A DNA stretch of 64,000 bases from Squalus acanthias (lineage: Eukaryota). The notes under the pieces are model-generated. The model made no database searches, was not told where the DNA came from, and saw only the letters and a program-made list of their open reading frames with translations. Where the stretch lies: NCBI GenBank assembly GCA_030390025.1, contig CM059425.1, positions 167,960,001 through 168,024,000 of the forward strand, given 5' to 3'. Within the stretch, counting starts at the first letter, position 1. Each line of letters starts with the position of its first letter. This document shows, in pieces, positions 1-11,555 of this stretch. The translations under genes were made by a program, and so were the position numbers.

Positions 1-158
1 CTAAAGCAAAATACTGCAGATGCTGGAAATCTGAAATAAATACAAAAAATGCTGGAAATACTCAGCGGAATACTCTGACGAAAGGTCATCGACCTGAAAC
101 GTTAACTCGGTTTCTCTCTTCACAGATGCTGTCTGACCTGCTGAGTATTTCCAGCATT
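1..158 (+). mobile_element. Penelope-derived palindromic mini-element
   Basis: Inverted arms aaatgctggaaatactcagc / gctgagtatttccagcattt. Same sequence family as the GIY-YIG-bearing copy at 33131-33614. Contains a hammerhead core. Confidence 0.75.
71..107 (+). ncRNA. Minimal type I hammerhead ribozyme motif (Penelope-type)
   Basis: CTGACGA (75-81), a, then the stem II AGGTC-atc-GACCT, then GAAAC GTT (96-103). The palindromic ACGT can form helix III in a dimer. Stem I is weak in this copy. Confidence 0.7.
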
Positions 159-402
159 TAATGGGCCAACATTTGCGATCGGAGGCAGACGCCTCCCACC
201 TGCAAAAATTCTACGAATGTACCTGGTGGCCCAGGAGATACGGAGGCTTGCGCTCCTGGGCCTCTCCGGGTCTGCGCGGGCAGAGGTCCCCGTATCTCAG
301 GGACGCAGGCGGTTCATAGGCACCCCGGGATCACGTGGGCTGGCCCAACCAATAAAAGAAGGGAATCCCCATTCATACTTATTGGAGTTCCGTATGTATT
401 AT

Positions 403-1588
403 TGGAGTTCAGTAACTAGTGGTGTTCCACAGGGGTCAGTGCTGGGTCCCCAACTCTTCACAATCTATATTAACGATTTGGAGGAAGGGACCAAGTGTAA
501 CATATCAAAATTTGCAGATGATACAAAGATGGGAGGGAAAGTAGTGAGTGAGGAGGACATAAAAAACCTGCAAGGGGACATAGACAGGCTAAGTAAGTGG
601 GCAGAGATTTGGCAGATGGAATACAACACTGGAAAGTGTGAGGTGATGCACTTTGGCAGGAAAAATCCTAGAGCAATTTATTATCTTAATGGCAAGAAAC
701 TGGAGAGTACTGAAGTGCAAAGGGATCTGGGGGTCCTGGTGCACGAAACTCAAAAGGTTAGTATGCAGGTGCAGCAAGTGATTAAGAAGGCAAATGGAAT
801 GTTGGCTTTCATTGCTAGGGGGATAGAATATAAAAATAGGGAGGTATTGCTTCAGTTGTACAAGGTATTGGTGAGACCGCACCTGGAATACTGCATACAG
901 TTTTGGTGTCCTTACTTAAGGAAAGACATCCTTGCTCTCGAGGCAGTGCAAAAAAGGTTCACTCGGTTAATCCCGGGGATGAGGGGGTGGTCATATGAGG
1001 AGAGGTTGGGTAGATTGGGACTCTACTCATTGGAGTTCAGAAGAATGAGAGGCGATCTTATTGAAACATATAAGATTGTGAAGGGGTTGGATCGGGTGGA
1101 TGCGGGGAGGATGTTCCCGATGACGGGTGAGACGAGAACTAGGGGACATAGTCTTAGAATAAGGGGCTGCTCTTTCAAAACTGAGATGAGGAGGAACTAC
1201 TTCACTCAGAGGGTGGTAGGTCCATGGAATATGCTGCCACAAAAAGCTGTAGAAGCTACAACATTAATTAAATTTAAAACAGAAATAGACAGTTTCCTAG
1301 AAGTAAAGGGCATTAAGGGTTACGGGGAGCGGGCAGGAATTTGGACATGAGTCTAGGTTCGGATCGGTCATGGCCCTGTGGGTAGTGGAACGGGCCCAGG
1401 GACTGTGTAGCCTGATTCTGCTCCTATTTCGTGTGTGCAATTCTGTTAGATGCAGGAGATGGTTCTGTGATAGATAGTAGATTGGCGGTTAGGATCAGAT
1501 CAGCCATGATCTTATTGAATGGCGGAGCAGGCTCGAGGGGCCGATTGGCCTACTCCTGCTCCTATTTCTTATGTTCTTATGTTCTTAT
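403..1588 (+). mobile_element. 5'-truncated CR1 LINE (ORF2 RT C-terminus intact to the stop at 1350) with 3' UTR and (TTCTTATG)n tail
   Basis: SGVPQGSVLGP, SKFADDTK and LVRPHLEYC motifs. CR1 3' hairpin region and octamer-repeat tail. Confidence 0.95.
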
Positions 1589-1835
1589 GAATGGGGATCA
1601 CTTAAAAAATACACCAACACGTGAAATAATTTTTTTTTAAATTACATATTTAAAATTAATTCAAATGCCATTTAATTAAATATTTTAAACAAAAATGTAA
1701 TTTTTTGGTAAAAAAATTATATGTTTTTACAGCGCTAAAAATAAACTTGCCTTATTGAAGAGTATTTTTAATTTATAAATGAGTGATAACATTTTATTTT
1801 TCTATTTTTTAAATCTCTTATGCTGGTAAATTTCT

Positions 1836-2945
1836 CCACTCAGAGGTTAGTGTGCAAAATTAAAGCACATGGGATTGGGGGTAATATACTGGCATGGATT
1901 GAAAATTGGTTAACAGACAGGAAACAGAGAGTAGGAATAAATGGGGCTTTTTCAGGGTGGCAGGCGGTGATTAGTGGGGTACCGCAGGGATCAGTGCTTG
2001 GGCTTTGGATTTGGATGAGGGAACCAAATGTAATATTTCCAAGTTTGCTGACGACACAAAACTAGGTGGGATTGTGAGTTGTGAGGAGGATGCAAAGAGG
2101 CTTTCACATGGCAGATTCAGTATAATGTGGATAAATGTGAAGTTATCCACTTCGGTAGGAAAAACAGAAAGGTAGAGTATTATTTAAATGGTGATAGATT
2201 GGGAAATGTTGATGTACAGAGGGACCTGGGTGTCCTTGTACACTAGTCACTGAAAGCAAACATGCAGGTGCAGCAAGCAGTTATGAAGGCAAATGGTATG
2301 TTGGCCTTCATTGCAAGAGGATTTGATTACAGGAGCAAGGATGTCTTACTACAGTTGTACAGGGCCTTGGTGAGACCACACCTGGAGTACTGTGTGCAGT
2401 TTTGGTCTCCTTACCTAAGAAAGGATATACTTGCCATAGAGGGAGTGCAGCGAAGGTTCACCAGACTGATTCCTGGGATGGCAGGACTGTCGTATGAGGA
2501 GGATTGAGACTAGGCCTGTATTCACTAGAGTTTAGAAGAATGAGAGGGGGTCTCATTGAAACGTATAAAATTCTGACAGGGTTAGACAGACTGGATGCAG
2601 GGAGGATATTTCCCCTGGCTGGGGGGGTCTAGAACGAGGGGTCACAATCTCAGGATACTGGGTAGGACATTTAGGACTGAGATGAGGAGAAATTTCTTCA
2701 CTCAGAGGGTGGTGAACCTGTGGAATTCTCTACCACAGACAGTTGTGGAGGCCAAGTCACTGAATATATTTAAGAAGGAGATAGATAGATTTCTAGGCAC
2801 AAAAGGCATCATGGGGTATGGGGAGAGAGCGGGAATATGGTATTGAGATAGAGGATCAGCCATGATCATATTGAATGGTGGAGCAAGCTTGAAGGGCCGA
2901 AAGGCCTACTCCTGCTCCTATTTTTCTTTGTTTCTATGTTTCTAT
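1836..2945 (+). mobile_element. Degenerate 5'-truncated CR1 LINE
   Basis: Frameshifted RT pieces (GVPQGSVLG, RPHLEYCVQFWSPY, RRNFFTQRVV) and a tttctatg tail. Confidence 0.93.
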
Positions 2946-4087
2946 CTGTCAAGAGAATTCTTGACAGATGGCAAGTGCCGGGTTTTAGCGTGTGCGCTTC
3001 GCATGCCTAAACCTGAAACTTGCGCGGCCCCTACTGGCGCGTGCACACCTCGTACGCACCCGTAGGGGTCACAAAATACGGCCCTCTGTCTTTATCCCAA
3101 ATTTACATTATGTGCCCATTTGCTGTCCAAGGTCTGCTCCACCCCATCAACCATTTGCTTAACAGAAAATGAACCAGGAGCAACAAATGCAGTGCACACT
3201 ACAGGCCAGTAATGGTAGAGCTGGATGGCACATGAGAGAAATGGAGACATAAACAGGGCCCTGAACGACTTTACCCTCCTGACCTCATTGCCATAAATCC
3301 TTTAGTGACAAAGGCAGCACCCCCTCTTTCCTCCTCCCCAACCCTTTCACAAATAGCTGGCGATATCTCAAAGCACATGAGCGCCCAGACTAGGCCTATC
3401 CGTCCTTCAGAGAAGCACATGGTCATCATTATAAGGCTCCGGGTCTGAGTTATGAGGAAAATCATAATAACGCCTTCAGCTATCTTATTAACTCAGACTG
3501 AAGCTATTAAAGGCGGGAGTCACACCGTATCCCAATTATTATGGCCCTAGCCCTTAAAACCTTTGAACTCTTGTTAAAAAGCCGCTTTATTCTAATTGTT
3601 ATAAAAAGGTAATAGACGACCTCAGTGTATGTAAAACAGTTCAAATCATTGGGTTCAAATCACCAGGCAAAGTCAGTCATTCAGCAGCCTCTATTGTGTT
3701 TGTTTTCTCCTAACTCTCAGATTCTACCGATAGAACGGGAGTCGTTACACGTCCCTGCGGCAATGAAGCAGAACAGCCCATCACTTGAAATTAAAAGCCC
3801 TTTGCTGAATAGCAACATGGGTTTGCTTTTTGCATCGGGAATCCCACGAATAATAAGTTGCAAACCAGCATTTTTATCTGTTTTACTCTATGTGAAGATA
3901 TCCAGAAGTGTTTCTAAAACATTTCCCAAACCTGGACGAACGCTGAATCACCGGATGTGAAAATTCCACCAACAAATCTGGCCAGAGAGTGTCAGTGAGC
4001 CATGTGTAGGGGGAGGGCGAGAGGGTGTGGCATACCAGGACAACAATTTCAACATTCACAATAGTCCAATCTTCTCTCTCACTTTAT

Positions 4088-5136
4088 GGCCGGGATTTTC
4101 CCAGGTAGGCAGGTTGGGGGTGGAAGGGCCTCCGAGGCGGGCGGGAAACGTGGGAGGCCGAGATTCCCGCAGGCCCTGCTGACTTTAACGGCAGGGTCTG
4201 ATTTGAATGTGAGGCCTCGGATTCCTGCCCGCAGCCAGCCAGATTGAGAGGCCGGCTGGCTGCGGGCGGGTAGGCTTCAGAAGTGAGGGGCCGGTCTGGG
4301 GGAGGGATCGCGGGAGAAGGATCGGCAATCGGAAGGGGTCAGGGATCGGGAGGGGGGAGAGAGCATCGGCAGTAGTCGGGGATTGGGAGGGGGGAGAGAG
4401 CATCGGCAGGGGTCGGGGATTGGGAGGGGGGAGAGAGCATCGGCAGGGGTCAGGGATCAGGAGGGGGAGAGAGCATCGGCAGGGGTCGGGGATTGGGAGG
4501 GGGGAGAGAGCATTGGCAGGGGTCAGGGATCGGGCGGTGGAGAGAGCATCGGCAGGGTTCAGGGATCGGGAGGGTGGAGAGAGCATCGGCAGTGTTCAGG
4601 GATCGGGAAAGGGTGAGAGCATCGGCAGGGGTCGGGGATCGGGAGGGGGAGAGAGCATTGGCAGGGGTCAGGGATCGGGAGGGGGAGAGCGCATTGGCAG
4701 GGGTCGGGGATCGGGAGGGGGAGAGAGCATTGCAGGGGTCGGGGATCTGGAGGGGGCGAGAGCATTGGCAGGGGTCGGGGATCGGGAGGGGGAGAGAGCA
4801 TTGGCAGGGGTCAGGTATCGGGAGGGGGGAGAGAGCATTGGCAGGGGTCGGGGATCGCGAGGGGAGAGTCGGCCAGGGATCGGTGGGGGGGGGGGTTGGC
4901 CTGGGGATCGGCAGGGGGATCAGAGATCACGGAGGGGGTCGGGAGAGAGGATCGTGGCCGGCCACATCATCATCATTGTGGGGGAGGCCTGGGGGTGGGT
5001 TGGAGGCCTGGGAAGGTGATCGGAGGCCTCGTGGTGGGGTCTCCAATCGCAGGGTATGGTCAGGATAGCCATTTTTAACACACTAACTGCCCCCACGCTC
5101 CAAACCAACTCATTATTTTAGGGGAAAATTCCAGCC
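4088..5136. mobile_element. Harbinger-like MITE with an internal minisatellite
   Basis: TIRs ggccgggattttcc / ggaaaattccagcc, flanked by TAT on both sides (3-bp TSD). Confidence 0.75.
4320..4950 (+). repeat. G-rich minisatellite with a unit of about 36-37 bp (GGGAGGGGGAGAGAGCATCGGCAGGGGTCGGGGATC)
   Basis: About 15 directly visible tandem copies. Explains the repetitive ORFs at 4185-5108. Confidence 0.95.
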
Positions 5137-6022
5137 TATGCGTCTGGACCGTTCATCTCTAAACTACTCTTTACAATGTTGTCTCACATTGTTCTTTAAC
5201 GCCCTTAAAACACTTAAATAGTTATTGCCTTCCCACTCCTCGGCACTCAGACTCGTCCATTTGTAGCTATAGAAATGCTTATACGCCATACAAGCCGGGG
5301 CAGATGATTCACCAGTGCTGGATCGGCACGGCCCCTGTATCTGTAGATTGATGCAGCTCCATAAGAGATGTAGGTAGTCTCCATTCAAATTGTGCCAAAG
5401 TCTCTTTCTTTCCTGCCATAACATCTGTAGTCTCCCCTGTATGTTGATGGGACAAACCAACTGGCAGACCCCCTGAAATCTTCTCGCTGACCCTGAGAGG
5501 GCCACGGACCCCCGTTTGAGAATCCCTGGGCTGGGGTGCAGTGTCTGTAAACTGGATCTGGAGAGGGTGGAGCGCCTTTTGAAATGGGTGCAGTGTTGGA
5601 TATGGGAGAGTGATTGTTGAGGTAAGGTTTGGGTAAAGAATCATTGGTTTACTGAAATTCCAAATATGACTTTGTTTTTCCTTTTGTTAGACTGAAAATC
5701 TATTAATTGTGAAGTATAAAAATGCTTAAAATGAACCAGAATGCATAGTTTTTAATGTAAAAATGTAAATGTTTCCAGGGGGCATACCTCTGGTCCTCTC
5801 TAGAAATGTACCATTCGTCTTGTGCCTTCTACAGTTAGATTTCTCCTTCAGACTTCTATGTATTTATATTTTTTCTCTCCAATAGAAATAAAGGAATGTT
5901 GCTGCTTAAGTTACAAAGCCCATGGAACTACTCGCTTTCACATGTCGGGCCTGTTCTGAGTTGTCAGCCATTTTTGGGCTGTGTCAGCTTTTAAAGCTTT
6001 TTTTTTATTGCATAAAGTCAAT

Positions 6023-6135
6023 GGCGGGGATTTTCCTTGGATCGTCACCATCTACACGCGTAAACAGAGTTTCTACCACACATCCGGTCAAGTTACAACA
6101 GTGGAGCAGAAGCAGCTCTGAGGAAATTCCTGGCC
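6023..6135. mobile_element. Very short TIR element (MITE)
   Basis: ggcggggattttcct ... aggaaattcctggcc. Related end sequence (ggcc.gga.tttcctt.gagctgctcccgct) occurs at about 12617 and about 55252. Confidence 0.55.
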
Positions 6136-6969
6136 ACTATTTCTGTCTCTTTAAATGCACAAAAACTCGAACCTAATCACCTGAGAAAAAACATTTAAAG
6201 GCGTGACTTGTCCAATATTTTTCTCACCACCCACAGAAGCCCCTCCTCCCTCACTGAACTTCACCTGTACACAAGCTGCAATGAGGCCTAAAAGATTAGT
6301 GGATAGGGCCAGAAGAAACGGAGAAGGAAGGGGCTTCAGCGGGCTTTCTGCCCCAGCCACAGGATCTGCTGCCAAATCCCGCCTGAGGTCAGTGGCAGAA
6401 GGGAGGGAAATCGTGCGGTATTTCCGGGCCTCATCTCCCCACTGTTATATACATGCAATGGGGTGGTGAAGGGGCAGTTGGACATCTTCCCTGCTGGGCT
6501 GGAGGGGTGCTGATGGGGTGGGGGGGGGGGGGAGGAAATTGCGATCAGTGCTGGTAGGGCAGGGAGGTGGCGGTAGACATCCCCCACCCAATCGTCCATT
6601 AATTGTCCACCGCTATACTGTCCGATTTCGACTATCTGAGGAAATCCAGTCTGTAATCTTTGAACTTGATTTACTGGCAAAGTGACATGGTGATCTGGTG
6701 AATGGAAGACTACCAGTGATTGCTCAGCTGTAGTAGAAAGCCTACTCCCAAGTAAATGGAAAATTTCCACTTTGAGATTTATCATTCTCATGTAAGTGGA
6801 GTTCTAAAAATAAATCAGTGCTGGAAACAAATATTTGTGGAATGCTCTGTGTATTAGTTTTCCTTTCAGCTGATCCCAGTTAGAGCCCAGAGCAACTTTA
6901 AGGTGAACTTGTGTTGAACAACTCTACAAGAAAATCAAAAACGCCACAGTGTAATCGTGTGCTATTTAC

Positions 6970-7168
6970 CCGTTCATATAGGCGACTGTTGCTCCAGCAA
7001 CCGGCCCCGTTTCACAGCCCAGAAACAGCAGCATAACATATGTAGCCGTTGATAGCATGTTTACAGTCATAGTCATTTTAATGGCTCCCAGCGGAGTTAG
7101 GCTCATTTTCTTCAGCACAAAGCCACCCAGGAAAATTCCAAGGCACACACAAGGAACAGCAGTCACTC
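6970..7168 (-). CDS. SLCO3A1: Internal coding exon (199 bp; exon 6 equivalent) of the SLCO3A1-like transporter
   Basis: (G)VTAVPCVCLGIFLGGFVLKKMSLTPLGAIKMTMTVNMLSTATYVMLLFLGCETGPVAGATVAYMN, matching the OATP3A1 TM8-TM9 region and the FLGC.TGPVAG motif. Acceptor tag at 7169-7170, donor GTAAAT at 6969-6968. Phase is compatible with the 165-bp exon. Confidence 0.95.
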
Positions 7169-8259
7169 CTATTAAGAGAAACACAGGAAAGACAATGAAC
7201 CACTCTTGTGAAGCACATAAACCACACAATAGAATAAGTAACGCTACTGAAACGCATCTTTTGCATTAGCAAATAGATTGGGCCCCCTGAAAATCTGTGG
7301 AGGCAACATTCTGATGATGACCCATTGGGAACGACCATGACTGACCCTGACATACTCACTGGGAAGGTTCGCTAGTTTTAATAATCTGGGCTTGCGCCCG
7401 CGCCACTAGAAGCACTACATGGGAGGAGGCCACAATAAGCGGCAAAGGCTGTCCACTCAGGGGAGGGAGCTACTGGGACCCTCTCAGAAACATGTGGATT
7501 GGGGCCCATAGGCCCCCTTTATAAGGAGGCTGAAAAAAATGTTTTCAAAATCTTCAGGGATCTACGCTGATCCCAGGCTGGAAGGCCAGTAGCTTCTTCT
7601 CACTGATCGAATCAGCTGCCAGTTGATTCTAGGCCAGGGCTGAGGAAACCTCAGGCCTGGGCGTCCCCTCCAAAGTTCCCGCTAAGCTGTGTGGCCGCGC
7701 AGTCATCTGCAAGGACCCGCGCAGGCCGCTCACCGGCTTTTACACTGTAGATACCGCGCATGCGCAAAAATTTGAATGGGCCGCGCAGTGGGGCAGACAG
7801 GCCGCACAGGAGGCAGTGCAGCTTATGCGGGATGTTGGTCCCCTCCCCTTGGCCATGCCCTCTCTGACGGGAGTAACCTTGTTTGGGGCAGATAGAGGTT
7901 CTGCTCCAAACAAAGCCCTGTAGAAACTGGTGGGGAAGACCAGGAACCACTGTATCAAGGTCCCGGCCTAATTTCCAGACCTTCTGCCAAAGTCTCGCTG
8001 CACCTACAGCAGGAATGCACCAGAAGGCCTGTATGTTTTCATTTCTTGGCTGCTTTAATTGCTCTAGTTTATAAAATGTCATCTGAGATTCTTCAAGTAT
8101 AAACTGAAATCCAGATAAAATTTTGTTTTTCATTATGAAGCCTTCTTGAGACTATTTCCATAACCTCAAACTGTCAACTGTAAAAAAAAAACTATTTCAT
8201 TAATTCTCAATGGGTAAAAACACTGCGTAGTACTGTATTGAGCCATGTAGACCACAGAG

Positions 8260-8338
8260 ACTGCCTGACCTGCTGAGTATTTCCAGCATTTTCTCTTTTT
8301 ATTTCAGATTTCCAGCATCCGCAGTATTTTGCTTTTAG
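8260..8338 (+). mobile_element. Penelope-derived terminal repeat fragment
   Basis: ctgcctgacctgctgagtatttccagcatttt...tttcagatttccagcatccgcagtattttgc, the same family as 1-158. Confidence 0.7.
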
Positions 8339-8352
8339 ACCACAGAGACAAG

Positions 8353-10148
8353 GGGCTGGATTTTTCCAACCTCGGCAGGTCTGGGGCGGGCAACGTCCGT
8401 GGCATGTGGGGACCCCGCATCTGTGTCGATCCCGGCCTCCAACAAGATATTCCGTTGATTGGGCTTGTTAAGCCCGCCCTGCAAGGTTCCCGGCCAATTA
8501 ATAGGAAGTGGGTCTGATGACGTAATTTGATGACACATCATCAGTCGGTTTCCTTAAAGGGAGCATGTCCACAATCATTTTGACAGTTCTGCTGTCAGTG
8601 TTCTGCAGCATTGAGGTGCTGCAAACACTGACAAGCACTGCACAAAGGTGCACGGCTGCACCCAGGTTCTCCCATTACTCTCTCGATATGCTTATGGAGG
8701 GAGTCACAGCACGCAGGGAGGTTCTCTTCCCTTCCAACGGGCGGAAAACACCTCTCCAGAAGACCAATGCACCCTGGTTGCACATTGCACAGGAGGACAC
8801 AAGCAGGGATGTGGTCAGGAGGACCAGGCTGCAGTGGCGCAAACCTTTCAATGATCACAGTAGATCACAAAACGTTACTGCAAAGCAACACTCAGTCTCA
8901 TCCTGCTGTGCCACTCATCACATCACCATGACTCTGCCTTCCCTACCCTACTCCTCCACATCCTTACACCAACTTACCTTGCACCTCCACCCATCCCTCT
9001 TTATCTACATTATCACTTTCCCATCTCACTAGCCACCCCTCACACTCACCCTCATCCTTGTCCAATCATACCAACTAACAACACACAAGAGTAGGCACTT
9101 GGGTGATATCGCCAATGTTCATGTAAAGTTTCTGTTAATATGTTGTCAAACAATGAAATCTTTATTTTCAACACTTTGCGTTCTTGGACAGATCTGTGTG
9201 CACCTTTGGAAGTGGCTTAGTGAGTTGCAATGAATGGTGAGACATAGCAGTACCCACCAACCCCCCCACCCACCACCCCCCCCCCCGCCACCCCCCGCAA
9301 TGGTGATGAGTGTGAAAGGAATGGCTTGAGCATTGTAGGGATGGTTTATGTTATTAGTGTGAGGTGATGCCAACCTGGCGCATCATGTGGCATCCAGGGT
9401 GTACAGCGTCAAGTGAAGTAAATCTGGCCATGGTGAGGCCTCCCTGGCCTCCCAGGCAGCAATGTGCTCGGGTGCTGATGCCCTCTGTCCTGTGCAGCAT
9501 CAGGTGATTGCGGAGAAGGTTGGTGTTGTTGTTGGTGCTGCTAGTGTTGGGGTTCTGAGGACCAAGGTGAGATTTTTTCTAGGGCACCGATGCTGCTGGA
9601 ATAGATGGCAGCTGAAGTTGAGATGACAGAAGCGATCTGTCAATGGTGAGAGAGGTTGCTCCAAGGAGGTGACACTGGATAGAGAGTTTGCTCCAAACAC
9701 TACAAACCTCCATAAAGCTGAAAAGTGTATTCCAAATCCTGAAGGCACTAGCCTCTAAGATTGGAAAGTGACCAGCTGTGAAATGGTAGATTTTATACCA
9801 CTTTTGCAGCTGTCACCTGTTCACAGAAATGGAGAGGTGTTTAAAACCTGACACACTTACCTGGCATGATCCCCGAGTGAAGTGAACCTCGTGTAAGACT
9901 TGGGAAAATGGTTTATACCTGGTAAAATGCTGATTAAATTGCTTTAAACATACTCTTGTAAGATAACTATCTGAATTGCCTGACCCGCCACTTAGTGCCG
10001 GGTCTGCAAAGCGCAGGCAGACCCAGCACTGGGGAAACTCACAAGGAGGCGGGTTCAGAGCGGGATACCGCCCCGCTGTCAATCTTTTTGTTTTTGACAG
10101 CAGACCCACCTCCGAACCCGCCCTCTGAGCGCCAGCAAAATTCAGCTC
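8353..10148 (+). mobile_element. PIF/Harbinger deletion derivative carrying a Myb/SANT-like ORF remnant
   Basis: TIRs gggctggatttt / aaaattcagctc. ORF 8565-9032 contains APRFSHYSLDMLMEGVTARREVLF...WLHIAQE...RRTRLQWRKPFND, the Myb/SANT-like (NAIF1/MSANTD-type) pattern of the Harbinger DNA-binding partner. Confidence 0.8.
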
Positions 10149-10234
10149 AACGTTTCATTCATGGTCTGTGCTGCGTTTGCTGATCTTAGCCCAGTTGGGA
10201 CTCTACAATCGATTTCCTGGGTAAGGATTAGCTA

Positions 10235-10445
10235 AGGTTCATTAAGATGATAACAGGGCTGAGGGGCTTTAGTTATAAGCAGAGACTAGGGAAACTCGGG
10301 CTCCTTTCATGAGGAAATCTGATAGAGGTGTTCAAAATTACTGAGGGTTTTGATAGGTAAATAGGAAAAAAATATTTCCACTAGTCAGAGTCAGTGACTA
10401 AGCGGCATAAATTTTAGATCCTCGCCAAAAGAACAAAGGGAAAGG
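10235..10445 (+). mobile_element. Old CR1 fragment
   Basis: Resembles the CR1 RFTRMIPGLRG...DLIEVFKI coding region, heavily decayed. Confidence 0.6.
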
Positions 10446-10454
10446 TTATAATGT

Positions 10455-11555
10455 TTGCTTGACTTGGTGGTAGTACTTTATCCACTGAGTCAGAAGACCA
10501 TGGGTTTAAGTTCCAGTATGGACTTGGGCACATAATCTAGACTGACAGTGCAGTACTGAGGGAGTGTTGCACTGTCAGAGATGCTGGGCTAGAAATTCGT
10601 CTCCTTTGCGCCTGCCGTTAGCGCTTCCAAGGCGCGCTAATTGGGTGCAAAGCATTTATCGCCCGGAGCGCGAAAAAAACGCCTCTGAGAATGATGTCAT
10701 CACCGTGCACCATGACCCCTTAGTGCTCCGCCACGGCCCCTTACCGCCCCGCGGCAAGAATTCGGTCGCGAACCGGGCTGACCTCCGCTCGCAGGGCAGT
10801 ATTTAAAGGGGAGGTGCGGCCGCGACCCTCGCTGCCATTTTCTATTTTTGGAGGTCGGCCCTCCGTGATGGGCTGTGGCGTGGTCCTAGCCGCCATCGCG
10901 CAGCCCAGCACCGCAGCTCGGCATCGGGCTGCAGCCGCGGCACTCCGCCGCCATGGTGGCCTAGTGTGGGCCATCGGAGGCCCTGCAGAGTGCGCAGCAG
11001 CCCTCCCCTTTAACTGAAGGAGAAGGGCATTGAAACGTGGCAGCACTCCGCAGAGTGCTGCCGATTGCGCCCCGACATCACCTCAGTTACCGCCCGAGAT
11101 TGCGCTCCACTTCTTGTGCGGGGCAGTAAGCCAAATTTAGTGGCCGGGGCGGTACTTCCGCGCCGGGTGCTAAATGTCTGGCCTTAACTCAGTTATTGCC
11201 CCCAAACAGGGCGTAACCGAATTTTGCGTCCTCTGTCTTTTGGATGAGATGTTAAACTAAGGCCCCATCTGCCTATTCAGATGGATATAAAAGATCCCAT
11301 GAAACAATGTAAAGAGGAGCAGGCAAGTTGACCTGGCCAACATTTATACCTCAATCAACACCACCACAAAAGGGATTAGTTGGTCATTTATCTCATTTGC
11401 TGTTTGTGGTACCTTGCTGTGCTCAAATTGGCTGGTATGCTTGCCTACCAAACGACAGCAAATACACTTGAAAAGCAGTTCAGTAGTTGTTAAGCTTTTT
11501 GGGATGTCTTGAGGATGTAAAAGGTGGTGATATAAATGAAGGTTTTTCTTTTCTT
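10455..11555 (+). mobile_element. Deu-domain tRNA-derived SINE (SacSINE1/AmnSINE1-like), split by a MITE
   Basis: cagtgcagtactgagggagtgttgcactgtcagag|...tcttttggatgagatgttaaac...gatcccatg...tataaatg. Collinear with the uninterrupted copy at 46711-47172. Confidence 0.85.
10587..11232. mobile_element. CpG-rich Harbinger-like MITE inserted in the SINE
   Basis: Ends ggctagaaattcg / cgaattttgcgtcc, with CTG duplicated at 10584-10586 and 11233-11235. Same family as the copies at 53594, 55798 and 58101. Confidence 0.8.

Larger units (their letters stand above)
163..3083. mobile_element. Non-autonomous TIR (Harbinger-like) element interrupted by two CR1 insertions
   Basis: Segments 163-400 and 2950-3083 resemble the reverse complement of the two ends of the element at 21792-22544. 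AT-rich middle at 1590-1830. Termini are gggcc...ggccc. Confidence 0.6.

Noticed and set aside
217..1350. 377-aa ORF as a host gene or domesticated RT
   Set aside because: The N-terminal 60 or so residues are MITE sequence that happens to be in frame with a 5'-truncated CR1 RT. No endonuclease, and the RT is incomplete.
4185..5108. Overlapping Gly/Arg- or Pro-rich ORFs, and a CRISPR-like periodicity of about 36 bp
   Set aside because: These are translations of a tandem minisatellite. There are no unique spacers, and the DNA is eukaryotic.
1..6969. Next SLCO3A1-like exon (Kazal-like Cys-rich loop)
   Set aside because: I could not find a C-x-C...PVCG..G.TY...C.AGC pattern on the minus strand by eye. 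It probably lies left of the window.
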